A DNA stretch of 37,528 nt from positions 1 to 37,528 of the forward strand of contig JAUQYZ020000176.1 in assembly GCA_030587475.2 (NCBI GenBank), given 5' to 3'. Made by a program: the position numbers and the translations under genes. Position 1 is the first letter of the stretch. Each line of letters opens with the position of its first letter. This stretch comes from Candidatus Sigynarchaeum calidifontis (lineage in GTDB: Archaea; Asgardarchaeota; Lokiarchaeia; Sigyniarchaeales; Sigyniarchaeaceae). The notes under the pieces were generated by a model. It was not told the origin of the DNA. It saw only the letters and a program-made list of their open reading frames with translations, and ran no database searches. Below are positions 25,414 to 34,063 of this stretch, piece after piece.

Positions 25414-26178
25414 CTAGCCTTTTTTACGGGAGAAATGTATTTCCACCTTCCGCAAGAAACCATCCATGATGGCCAGCTCGCGATTGGTGATGGGAGCCCG
25501 TTCTAGGATATTTTTTACAGACACGATGAAGTTTTCCAAGCGCCACTCGTCCGTGATGCCAGTCAAGTGTGTCTTTACCGCGCGCGAGAACCAATCGTGG
25601 AACTGCTGCCGGGCTTCCCGAGCAGCAGGGAAAAACTCCTCGGTGGCCGAGGTCGCGTAGTGCCGCCCGCAGCCCACGGGCAACGATGGCCTGGCGAGCC
25701 AGAACTCGTAGAGGATGATCGCCGCCGCGTGCGATACATTCATGGTCGGGTATTCCGCATTTGCGGGGATTGAAATCACCAGATCGCAGCATTTCAGCTC
25801 TGCATCGGTCAGTCCGCTATCCTCGCGCCCCAGCACGAGCAGCGCTTTTGTCGAAACCAGCCGGGGCGCAGCATCCCTCGGATCGACCGGGACGCGATAT
25901 AACTTGGAACGATTGGGGGGCTTGGCAGTGCTTCCAGCCACGAGCTCGTATTTCCGAGATATCTCCTCGATCTTCAAGACTATTTCAGTCTCATTACAGT
26001 TTACAACGGTTGCCTGATCAATTATATCTCGCCCGTGCATTGCAAATCCATAAACACCATCATCCAGCTCGTAGCGCGGCGCCAGGATGATGAGCTGCCC
26101 AGCGCCGAAGTTTTTCATGCACCGCGCCACGAAACCCACGTTGCCGAACGTTTTCGGCCCGACCATGAGAACATCCAT
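25414..26178 (-). CDS. trmJ: tRNA (cytidine/uridine-32 2'-O)-methyltransferase, SPOUT TrmJ family
   Basis: GNVGFVARCMKNFG, LVLGREDSGLT, ISIPANAEYPTMNVSHAAAIILYE. Confidence 0.88.
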   Translation of the reverse strand: MDVLMVGPKTFGNVGFVARCMKNFGAGQLIILAPRYELDDGVYGFAMHGRDIIDQATVVNCNETEIVLKIEEISRKYELVAGSTAKPPNRSKLYRVPVDPRDAAPRLVSTKALLVLGREDSGLTDAELKCCDLVISIPANAEYPTMNVSHAAAIILYEFWLARPSLPVGCGRHYATSATEEFFPAAREARQQFHDWFSRAVKTHLTGITDEWRLENFIVSVKNILERAPITNRELAIMDGFLRKVEIHFSRKKG

Positions 26179-26333
26179 GTTATTCGCCAAATCATGCCTC
26201 GGTTCGAATATCGAGCATCGCTTAAAATAAAAGCGGGGCTTATTTGAACGCGGGTTACCGCGAGCTAGCGTGATGCAATGACTACTACTGATTGAGATTT
26301 CTTATTCAAAAACGAAGTACAGAGTTGTTCCGG

Positions 26334-29114
26334 ATGGATAACATCATCGCCGCCAACATCGACATGCAAAAAAAGAAATTGGAAGGCAAGTTCAAGACCA
26401 CATTCACGCTTTTACGAAAAAAAGTTATTGATACCAATGCTTGCATCAAGTGTGGCAAGTGCATCGCGCTCTGCAATGCAATCGGCTGGAGCAAGGATGG
26501 AAAGCCGGCCCTCGTTGGAAAATGCATCGCGTGTGGCTTGTGCTACTATCAATGCCCCCAAACGCCTGGATCCCCCTTGGGTGACTTCAAGCTCGCCTAT
26601 ATCACGAAGGCAAAACGCACGGACGTGGAAGGCCAGAACGGTGCCACTGTCACGGCATTACTCGCGGACATGCTCGACCGGGGTGCCGTCGATGCAGCCA
26701 TTGTCACGGGACAAGACCCGGTCAGGCCCTGGTATCCAAAGCCATACATCGCCACGACGAAAGATGAGATATTCGCCTCGCGCGGCACGATCTACGCGCA
26801 TTCGCCAGTGGTGCCGGTGCTCGTCGATGCGGTCAACCGGGGATATCGCAAGATCGCTGTCGTCGCGACGCCGTGCAAAATCACGACCATCAAGGAACTC
26901 ATCGACAGCAAGGAGGGTTTGTTCAAGGGCATCGATGGCCTTTCGATTTTCATCATCGGTCTCTTCTGTTCCGAGTCTTTCGATGTAGAACGGTTGCTCG
27001 ACCAGGTTTCTTCAAGAATGGAAGTTGATCAAGTTGCCAAGATGAGCATCTCGCACGGCATGCTGTGGGTGCATGGGAAGGACGGCAGCAAGGAAAGCTT
27101 CCCGCTATCGGCCATAACCCAGGATTACGTGTGCACGAGCGGGAGTTGCGAGTCGTGCAACGATTTTGCAGCTGAACAAGCGGATATCTCGGTCGGCAGC
27201 GTTGGCACTGATGTCAAACATAACATGGTTCTCGTTCGCACGGATGCTGGACAAGAAGCGTTCGATAATGCTGTCTCGCGGGGAATCCTGGATGTAAGAC
27301 AGGCCACGAAGGAGGAGATGAAACCGCTCATCGACCTCGCGTGGCAAAAGAAGGAACGGGGAACCGTTCCGGAGATTTCCCCCGCCGTTTCAGGAAAGTT
27401 CCGGGAGCACGATCCCGAGTCATGGAACGTCGACGATTTCGAATACACCCCGGAGATCCACCCGGAGCTTTACAAGCGCGTGGCATACAAGGAACAAGTC
27501 GTTAACACGAATCCCAATGGCCCCAAGGTGCTCGTCGCGCGCGTGCCGGACGGCTCCAAAGCGGACATGACCACGTATAATTATTCGACCGCGTATGACC
27601 TCACCTACAAGCTGCTCAAGGATTTCACCAGGCTGAAGGGAGGCAAGGTGTTCGTCAAGCCCAACAACACGGGCTTCGTGGGTATCTTCAAGCATAATCC
27701 CAAATTGCAACCGATCCTGGAAAAAAATGGCATCACGGATGATGCCGACCACCAGCCCATCGCCACGCAGCCAGCAACCCTCCAGGGAGTCGTGGACGCG
27801 CTGCTCGATCTCGGGGTAGCCAAGATCCATCTTGGCGAGAATATGCTTTGGGACGGGGGCACTCCACGAGCGTTTTACGAGACTGGATATGCCGAGATCT
27901 TTCGCAAGGAGAAGTACAAGGGCAAGGTGTTTTTCATCGACTATTGCGAGGACGACCCGCCTGCCAGCGAGTATCGCAAGATCGCCATAAAAAAGGGAAA
28001 ATACGACATTGGCGACTATTATACGCATTTCTACCCGCCTCGCGCCTTTTTCGAGGAGAAATATGACTTGATTTTCAACGTGGCCATTGCCAAGTGCCAT
28101 AACTGCACGCTCTACTCGCTCCTATCAAAGAACTTCAGCGTGTCGATGAACCCGCGCAAGAAAACAGGGAAGATCGAGCCCCGCTGGCACATCCACGGCC
28201 TTCCCATCGATGTTTTCCGCAAGGAGTACCTTGAAAAATTGTTCGGCCCCAGCTTTCACCGGAAGTACCAGTACTTGCTACGCGAGAGCTATAATCACGA
28301 ATGGGATGCCAATCTCAAGACCAAGACCGTGAAACCGGACAAGGCCAAGGTTCTTATCTCGGGCAGGCTCACGACCGCGATCGGCAAGGCCATCCCGGCG
28401 ACCTTCCACTCGAGCGGGCTCATGAAATGGTACAAATCGTACGGGAAACGCGTGCTCAACGTCGACCCGCACCATTGGGCAGGCATCAACTTGCTCACCG
28501 CCGTGCTCGGAATGGGGTATCTTATAGCGCGGTACATCGGGATCTACGCGGGAATGGTCGATGCACTCAAGGCAAACGACACTGAAGTCGCGGGGATCGT
28601 CACTGGCATCGCCGGCCAAGAGGGAGATGGCCCGCTGATCTATGGAAACATAAAGTATAGCGGATTCGCGGTCGCCGGTTTCGATGCCGCTGCTGTGGAA
28701 AAGGTTTGCCTCGACATCATGTTCGGCAATGGTGGCGACTTCCAGAAAGCGATCGTCGAATTCCAGCAAGGACTCATGACGCGGTTCGGCATAAAAAACC
28801 CCGAGCTGCTTGCCGAAGCCAAGCGGATGTGGTCACTCGAGTTGCTCGCCGAACTCACGGGCACCACGCTCGACAATGCCAGGATGGACATCACGCTGCT
28901 CGATTACGCCAAGACGGATGACTTGAAAGGGCTCAAGCCATTCGACCTCTACAAGCTGCGGCTCGGCAAGCCATACGTCTTTTCAGAATCTCTCTATTGC
29001 AGCCCCAACACGTGGCTCAAACTCGCCCACACGGACGAGGACATCTTCCGTAATGCTTTCTGGTACACGATCAAAACGATAGAAATCCCGTTGATTCCCG
29101 ATGTCGTGGGATGA
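26334..29114 (+). CDS. FrhB/FdhB-family (F420-binding) Fe-S protein fused to a C-terminal DUF362-like domain
   Basis: Ferredoxin motifs CIKCGKCIALC and CIACGLCYYQCP; FrhB motifs GQNGATVT, TPC, IGLFCSESF, CESCNDFAAEQADISVGSVG; DUF362 motifs KVFVKPN, ATQP, LGE, NVAIAKCH...SKN, EGDGP, DAAAVE. Confidence 0.85.
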   Translation: MDNIIAANIDMQKKKLEGKFKTTFTLLRKKVIDTNACIKCGKCIALCNAIGWSKDGKPALVGKCIACGLCYYQCPQTPGSPLGDFKLAYITKAKRTDVEGQNGATVTALLADMLDRGAVDAAIVTGQDPVRPWYPKPYIATTKDEIFASRGTIYAHSPVVPVLVDAVNRGYRKIAVVATPCKITTIKELIDSKEGLFKGIDGLSIFIIGLFCSESFDVERLLDQVSSRMEVDQVAKMSISHGMLWVHGKDGSKESFPLSAITQDYVCTSGSCESCNDFAAEQADISVGSVGTDVKHNMVLVRTDAGQEAFDNAVSRGILDVRQATKEEMKPLIDLAWQKKERGTVPEISPAVSGKFREHDPESWNVDDFEYTPEIHPELYKRVAYKEQVVNTNPNGPKVLVARVPDGSKADMTTYNYSTAYDLTYKLLKDFTRLKGGKVFVKPNNTGFVGIFKHNPKLQPILEKNGITDDADHQPIATQPATLQGVVDALLDLGVAKIHLGENMLWDGGTPRAFYETGYAEIFRKEKYKGKVFFIDYCEDDPPASEYRKIAIKKGKYDIGDYYTHFYPPRAFFEEKYDLIFNVAIAKCHNCTLYSLLSKNFSVSMNPRKKTGKIEPRWHIHGLPIDVFRKEYLEKLFGPSFHRKYQYLLRESYNHEWDANLKTKTVKPDKAKVLISGRLTTAIGKAIPATFHSSGLMKWYKSYGKRVLNVDPHHWAGINLLTAVLGMGYLIARYIGIYAGMVDALKANDTEVAGIVTGIAGQEGDGPLIYGNIKYSGFAVAGFDAAAVEKVCLDIMFGNGGDFQKAIVEFQQGLMTRFGIKNPELLAEAKRMWSLELLAELTGTTLDNARMDITLLDYAKTDDLKGLKPFDLYKLRLGKPYVFSESLYCSPNTWLKLAHTDEDIFRNAFWYTIKTIEIPLIPDVVG

Positions 29115-30619
29115 ATCGAACCATGAATGACGAATACAGAAAATTGCTCGAGAAGGCCAAGGAATTGCTGGTCTGGACAAGCACTAGCAACATCATTGGC
29201 TGGGATTTTGAGACGTACATGCCAAAGGGCGGCACGGAGCAGCGTTCCATGCAAATGGCCGCGCTGGAACAGCTTATCCACGAGAAATCCGTCGATCCCG
29301 AGATTGGCCGGCTGCTAACTGCAGTGAAGTCTTCCCGGGAATATAAAGACGCCAGCGACGAGGAACGCCGCAACGTTCACCTTATCCAGAAGACTTACGA
29401 CGAACAAACCAAGTTGCCCGCTGAGCTCGTGGAGAAAATCGCGAAAGAATATGCGATTTCCATCGACGCGTGGAAGCGGGCAAAGGCTGCGAAGGATTTC
29501 TCCATTTTCAAGCCCGAGTTGGAGAAGACCATCGATCTCATCAAGCAAAAAGCATACTACCTAGATCCGAACAAGCCAGCCTACGAGGTTCTCGTGGACT
29601 TGTTCGAGCCGGGTATCACGGTGAACCAGATCGCATCCGTTTTCGAGCCACTCAAGAAGGGCTTGATACCCATCATCAAGAAATGCGTGGATTCCAAGAA
29701 CAAGCCCGATCTGTCGGTTTTTAAACGACCCGTGCCCATCGACGTGCAGCGGAAGATCTCGGAGCAACTCATGGCATTCGTGAAGTATGACACGTCCCGC
29801 GGGCGCCTCGACGAGACCGAGCACCCGTTCACGACGGGCATGTACGATGACGTTCGCATTTGCACGCATTATTACGAGAATAACTTCCTCTCATCACTTT
29901 ACGCGGTGTTGCACGAGGCCGGCCATGGGTTATACGAGCAGAACTTGCCCGCGAAGTGGCGGTGGCAACCGATCGGCACCGCTTGCTCCATGGGCATCCA
30001 TGAATCCCAATCACGCCTCGTCGAAAACATCGTCGGCCGGAGTAAAGCCTTCTGGCAATGGTTCTTGCCCGTATTGAACCGGCTTACAAGTGGCACCTTC
30101 AAGGATGTCGACCTTGGCCTGATAGAGCGCGCCGCGAACGACGTGAAGCCGTCCAAGATCCGCATCGAGGCAGACGAGGTCACGTACTCGCTCCACGTCG
30201 TGCTGCGCTTCGAGATGGAACAACTCATCATGGAAGACAAGGCCACCACATCTGAATTGCCCCAGATCTGGAACGAGAAAATGGACAAGTACTTCGGCTT
30301 GAAGATCGATAACGATTCCGAGGGCATCATGCAAGATACGCATTGGGCAGGGGGATTATTCGGGTATTTTCCCGATTATGCTCTTGGCAACGTGTATGAT
30401 GGCATGTTTCTTGAAAAGATTGCGAAAGATATACCGGACTGGGAAATTGCAGTTTCACGGGGAGATTTTAGCCCTATTCATGAATGGATGAAGACGAACG
30501 TCCACGACAAGGGTAACTTGATGGATGCAGTCGATCTCGTGAAAGCTGTCACGGGGAAACCTATCGACGCCGAGCCTTTCATCCGATATCTGGATCGAAA
30601 GATGTCCAAGATCTTTTAA
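29111..30619 (+). CDS. Thermostable carboxypeptidase, peptidase family M32
   Basis: HPF, DVRICT, HEAGH (HEXXH), HESQ, IRIEADE, HW...GYFPDY; ATGA overlap with the upstream stop. Confidence 0.95.
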   Translation: MNRTMNDEYRKLLEKAKELLVWTSTSNIIGWDFETYMPKGGTEQRSMQMAALEQLIHEKSVDPEIGRLLTAVKSSREYKDASDEERRNVHLIQKTYDEQTKLPAELVEKIAKEYAISIDAWKRAKAAKDFSIFKPELEKTIDLIKQKAYYLDPNKPAYEVLVDLFEPGITVNQIASVFEPLKKGLIPIIKKCVDSKNKPDLSVFKRPVPIDVQRKISEQLMAFVKYDTSRGRLDETEHPFTTGMYDDVRICTHYYENNFLSSLYAVLHEAGHGLYEQNLPAKWRWQPIGTACSMGIHESQSRLVENIVGRSKAFWQWFLPVLNRLTSGTFKDVDLGLIERAANDVKPSKIRIEADEVTYSLHVVLRFEMEQLIMEDKATTSELPQIWNEKMDKYFGLKIDNDSEGIMQDTHWAGGLFGYFPDYALGNVYDGMFLEKIAKDIPDWEIAVSRGDFSPIHEWMKTNVHDKGNLMDAVDLVKAVTGKPIDAEPFIRYLDRKMSKIF

Positions 30620-30643
30620 CTTGTAAACCCAGGGCAGAGCCCA

Positions 30644-31579
30644 GTGACTACCGAGAAGGAAATCGGGGATTACCGGCACGCGTGGATCCGGGCCGGGGAT
30701 CAAGCGCTCCACGCGGTCGAGGCCGGCACCGAGATGGGAGACAGCATCGTCTTCATTCACGGGTTCCCGGATTTCTGGTTCGGTTGGCGGCACCAGATCA
30801 CGGGACTTCGCGAAAATCATCACGTCATCGCCTATGATCAACGCGGGTACAACTTGTCGAGCAAACCAACCAGGACTTGCGATTATGACATCGATTTGTT
30901 AGCGTCTGACCTTGCAGATGTGGTAAGAAGCAAAGGAAGTGGCCACGTCACGGTCGTCGGCCACGACTGGGGCGGCGCCGTCGCGTGGGAGTTCGCGCGG
31001 CGGTACCCGAACTTGCTCTCGCGCCTGGTCATCATCAACTGCCCGCCTGTCCACGTCTTGTTCAGCGAGCAACTGCGCAATCCCCGCCAGTTGCGGAGTT
31101 CTTATTACGTGTACTTGTTCCAAGTGCCGTGGTTCGGTGAGCTCGTGCTGGGAAGGAACAACGCAAGTGCCATCGGAAAACTCCTTTCGAGGATGATCCC
31201 GACCATCACCCCCGCCGAGATCGAGACCTACCGGCGCGGGCTCGGATCCCCGGGCACGCTCCACGCGGCTATCAACTATTACCGTTGCGCTTTTCGACAA
31301 GCGTTGCCCCGCATGCTCCGGGGGGAATGGCGGGATTATCATGTCGACGTGCCCGTGCTGGTCGTCTGGGGAATTCGCGATCAAGCCTTGGATGTTGCAC
31401 TCACGAGGCACTTTGCCCCAATTTGCCCTGCCGGATTCACGATCAAGTATATCGATGCTGGACATTTTGTCCACCAGGAAAGGCCAACGATTGTAAACCG
31501 CATTCTCTTAACGTTTGTCGATGAAAAAGAAAGAAAGGAGCAAGATTTCACGAGATCAACGCGTATTCGGCGATTGTAA
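30644..31579 (+). CDS. Alpha/beta hydrolase, epoxide-hydrolase-like
   Basis: HGFP oxyanion motif, DQRGYNLS, nucleophile GHDWGG, lid tyrosines (SYY, NYYR), DQAL acid and GHFVH histidine; GTG start. Confidence 0.9.
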   Translation: MTTEKEIGDYRHAWIRAGDQALHAVEAGTEMGDSIVFIHGFPDFWFGWRHQITGLRENHHVIAYDQRGYNLSSKPTRTCDYDIDLLASDLADVVRSKGSGHVTVVGHDWGGAVAWEFARRYPNLLSRLVIINCPPVHVLFSEQLRNPRQLRSSYYVYLFQVPWFGELVLGRNNASAIGKLLSRMIPTITPAEIETYRRGLGSPGTLHAAINYYRCAFRQALPRMLRGEWRDYHVDVPVLVVWGIRDQALDVALTRHFAPICPAGFTIKYIDAGHFVHQERPTIVNRILLTFVDEKERKEQDFTRSTRIRRL

Positions 31580-33397
31580 TGACTTCGACGCTTTCAACGA
31601 GTCTTTTAACGTTACTCTCTTTAATGGAACGTGTTCTTGCTTGATAACGCCGGATTGAATGAATATTTTATCGATTTCCGCCTTGTAATCCACGCCTTTC
31701 TGGGGCTTTTCGATATCCATCACCATCGAGTGCAAGAAAGAGTTGCGCGGGTCCATGTCATAGGTCATCGACACGTTTGCTTGCGAGTTGAGGATGGCCA
31801 TCCTATAATCGATGTGGTGCAGCGTTCTACCCTCCGTGTGCTCGATCTCGCCAGGCAAGATGTCGTATTGCTTCAATACCTTCTGTAATGCGTCGAGATC
31901 GATGGGAACCCCGTACTCGAGTTTCAAACTGAGATTCGCTTCGGCGGATGAAGATAAAAACTTGATGACGCGAGTCATGATGAAAGAGAACAAGAACCAC
32001 AAGCCAATAGCGAATAAAATCCAGAACAATGGGTTAGGGAACACGAACCCGAAGAAATTCGGGTTGTAAAACGACGATGATGAAAAGGAAAACTCGCCCG
32101 TGATGAGGAGCAAGATATTGAACACGAGCGAGCCTGAAAAAATCACGTTGAGGATGTTCATCTTGGAGTCCTGGCGCTCGCTCGCCTTCGCTTGCCGCAT
32201 CTGGATAGCGGACGAGTCCTTGAGCTGGCGGAAGATGTTCTGGAGCCGCTTCTCGTTGACCACGTTGACTTGATCCCGCAAGCCTTGGACATCGTTGTTC
32301 AATCCTGCTACTACCTGGCGCGTGTCACGAATGCGGCCTATGATATTTTTCGTGTAATCCTCTATCCCGAGAAAATCTGCCAATCGCCTTTGCTTATCAT
32401 CCAGCGTTTTACTCAAGGCTTGAAATTCGCGGAGATTTTCATCGAGCGACCTCTCGATGTGGACTCGGGTCTCTTCTAACAAGATGCAGTCTTGCGAGAG
32501 TTCGGATAACTCGGACTGGGCGATGCCAACGCTGCGTGGATCCTTGTCGAAGTCCTCGATGGTTTTCCGGTGGATTTCCTTGATGCTGTCCTCGAGACTC
32601 CACGCCCGGCTGAAAAAGTTGGCCAAGAAAATGTCGATCGATTTTAAATAGGAATATTCCGCGATTAACACCTCGTATGGCTTGTAATCGTCGGCACACA
32701 AGAGTAAACCATGGGTGCCCACGAGCACGCGCGTCCCGTCATCCCACTCCTTGACCTTGTCCACGTATTCGAGGATTTGTTTCAACTCGTTCTCGTTGTC
32801 CTCGCCGTCGAGCAAAGCCTCCATGGAAAGTTTTGGGTCGATGTTTTTTGCAATGATTGAAATGTACTTGTCCCGCGTCATGGCTTGCTTGAAAAAGACC
32901 AGGTTCAATATGCTCCGCTGGTGGTTCGTCAAGATCGTGTCGAGCAACTCGCTCGAGTCGAACACGATGTCGCTGAAGAGCCGCGTGATCGTGTCGATGG
33001 AAAAAAGGTCTTTTTTGCCGAGGATCGAGTCGATCTTCATGCCGATGATGATCTTGCCCGTGGAATTGATGTATACTCCGAACCGCTCCACCTGGGTTAT
33101 GCCTTCCTCCTCGGGGTAATAGACCTGGGCGTTGAACTTGATGAATCGCGACGGGTGGAAGTCGAGGATCTCGATCGCGGTCTCGTGAGCCTCGGTCTTG
33201 AATCGCGTCCCCGCAGGCGTGCTGTCCCGGAACGCCGTGATCATGGATGACTTGACGCGCTTGTATGCATCGAGCTTGGAAACAAACGCGCTGATGCCGT
33301 TCTTGCCAAACGGGATGAATTCACCGATCATGATGCGGGCATCGACGAGGGACAGGTGTGATTCCAGCTCGTCCCGGATATTCGTTCCTGTCTCCAT
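31556..33397 (-). CDS. Uncharacterised membrane protein with CorA-like architecture (alpha/beta domain, long helical stalk, 2 TM, extra C-terminal domain); lacks GMN
   Basis: Long amphipathic or coiled helices (IRDTRQVVAGLNNDVQGLRDQVNVVNEKRLQ...ERQDSKMNIL) lead into two TMs (ILNVIFSGSLVFNILLLITG; LFWILFAIGLWFLFSFIM), followed by ~130 soluble aa. Confidence 0.8.
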   Translation of the reverse strand: METGTNIRDELESHLSLVDARIMIGEFIPFGKNGISAFVSKLDAYKRVKSSMITAFRDSTPAGTRFKTEAHETAIEILDFHPSRFIKFNAQVYYPEEEGITQVERFGVYINSTGKIIIGMKIDSILGKKDLFSIDTITRLFSDIVFDSSELLDTILTNHQRSILNLVFFKQAMTRDKYISIIAKNIDPKLSMEALLDGEDNENELKQILEYVDKVKEWDDGTRVLVGTHGLLLCADDYKPYEVLIAEYSYLKSIDIFLANFFSRAWSLEDSIKEIHRKTIEDFDKDPRSVGIAQSELSELSQDCILLEETRVHIERSLDENLREFQALSKTLDDKQRRLADFLGIEDYTKNIIGRIRDTRQVVAGLNNDVQGLRDQVNVVNEKRLQNIFRQLKDSSAIQMRQAKASERQDSKMNILNVIFSGSLVFNILLLITGEFSFSSSSFYNPNFFGFVFPNPLFWILFAIGLWFLFSFIMTRVIKFLSSSAEANLSLKLEYGVPIDLDALQKVLKQYDILPGEIEHTEGRTLHHIDYRMAILNSQANVSMTYDMDPRNSFLHSMVMDIEKPQKGVDYKAEIDKIFIQSGVIKQEHVPLKRVTLKDSLKASKSLQSPNTR

Positions 33398-34063
33398 TTA
33401 AGCATCCCTCCTGTCGATATCGTCCAAGTTGTTGAAAAAAGGTATATCGGGGAGATACGGGCTCGTTTCATACGACACATCCTCGATCCTCGTGATGCCC
33501 GAGTACCGCTTGTATGCACAGCCCGCCTTCTTGCAAAAGATGAGGATCAAGTTGTCCTCGTCGTCTGGATCTTGCACGATGTCCGTTTCCAGCAAGTCGC
33601 CGCATTTCGGGCACGTTATCAGCTTGTCGACCTGCGCCTTGAACTCTTCTGGGATGATCAAGTTAGACTTTTCGCTGGTAATGCGATAGGCGTTGACGGT
33701 AATGTACGTCGTCGTGCTGAGCTTCAAGCACGCGATCAAGCCAAGCTCCCGGAGATCGGCGATGTCGTCCTCGCCCTCTTGCGAAATGTTCAAGTATCGC
33801 CGCCCGCCAGGTAGTTCGACACTCATTGGCGAATAATCATATCCTCCAAACACGTGATTAAGGATGCCCTCGAACATGAAAACCCGCAGGGGAAGTTCCT
33901 TTAGCCAGACCTCTCCTTGCGTCCCCGTGCTGTTCGTCGACGAATACCGGGAGATGAGATAATACAGCTTCCGGTGCTCTTCGGTCGCGTTTTCGAGCGT
34001 CCAACCCTTCTTTGTCTTGAGCATGATACTTGGATCGACGATGCTATAAAAAAGGATATTCAC
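33398..34063 (-). CDS. Uncharacterised winged-helix-like plus C4 Zn-ribbon protein (alternative start 34024)
   Basis: EDDIADLRELGLI...AYRIT helix-wing pattern, then CPKC...CKKAGC. Its TAA directly abuts the ATG of the next gene. Confidence 0.8.
   Translation of the reverse strand: MNILFYSIVDPSIMLKTKKGWTLENATEEHRKLYYLISRYSSTNSTGTQGEVWLKELPLRVFMFEGILNHVFGGYDYSPMSVELPGGRRYLNISQEGEDDIADLRELGLIACLKLSTTTYITVNAYRITSEKSNLIIPEEFKAQVDKLITCPKCGDLLETDIVQDPDDEDNLILIFCKKAGCAYKRYSGITRIEDVSYETSPYLPDIPFFNNLDDIDRRDA

Noticed and set aside
26240-26292. Possible C/D-box sRNA (GTGATGC...CTGA) next to trmJ
   Set aside because: No convincing C box or D' box, and only short (8-9 nt) rRNA-like complementarity that could be chance.
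31556-33397. Assigning the gene symbol corA
   Set aside because: The GMN signature is absent and the protein is far longer with extra domains; only an architectural resemblance is supported.
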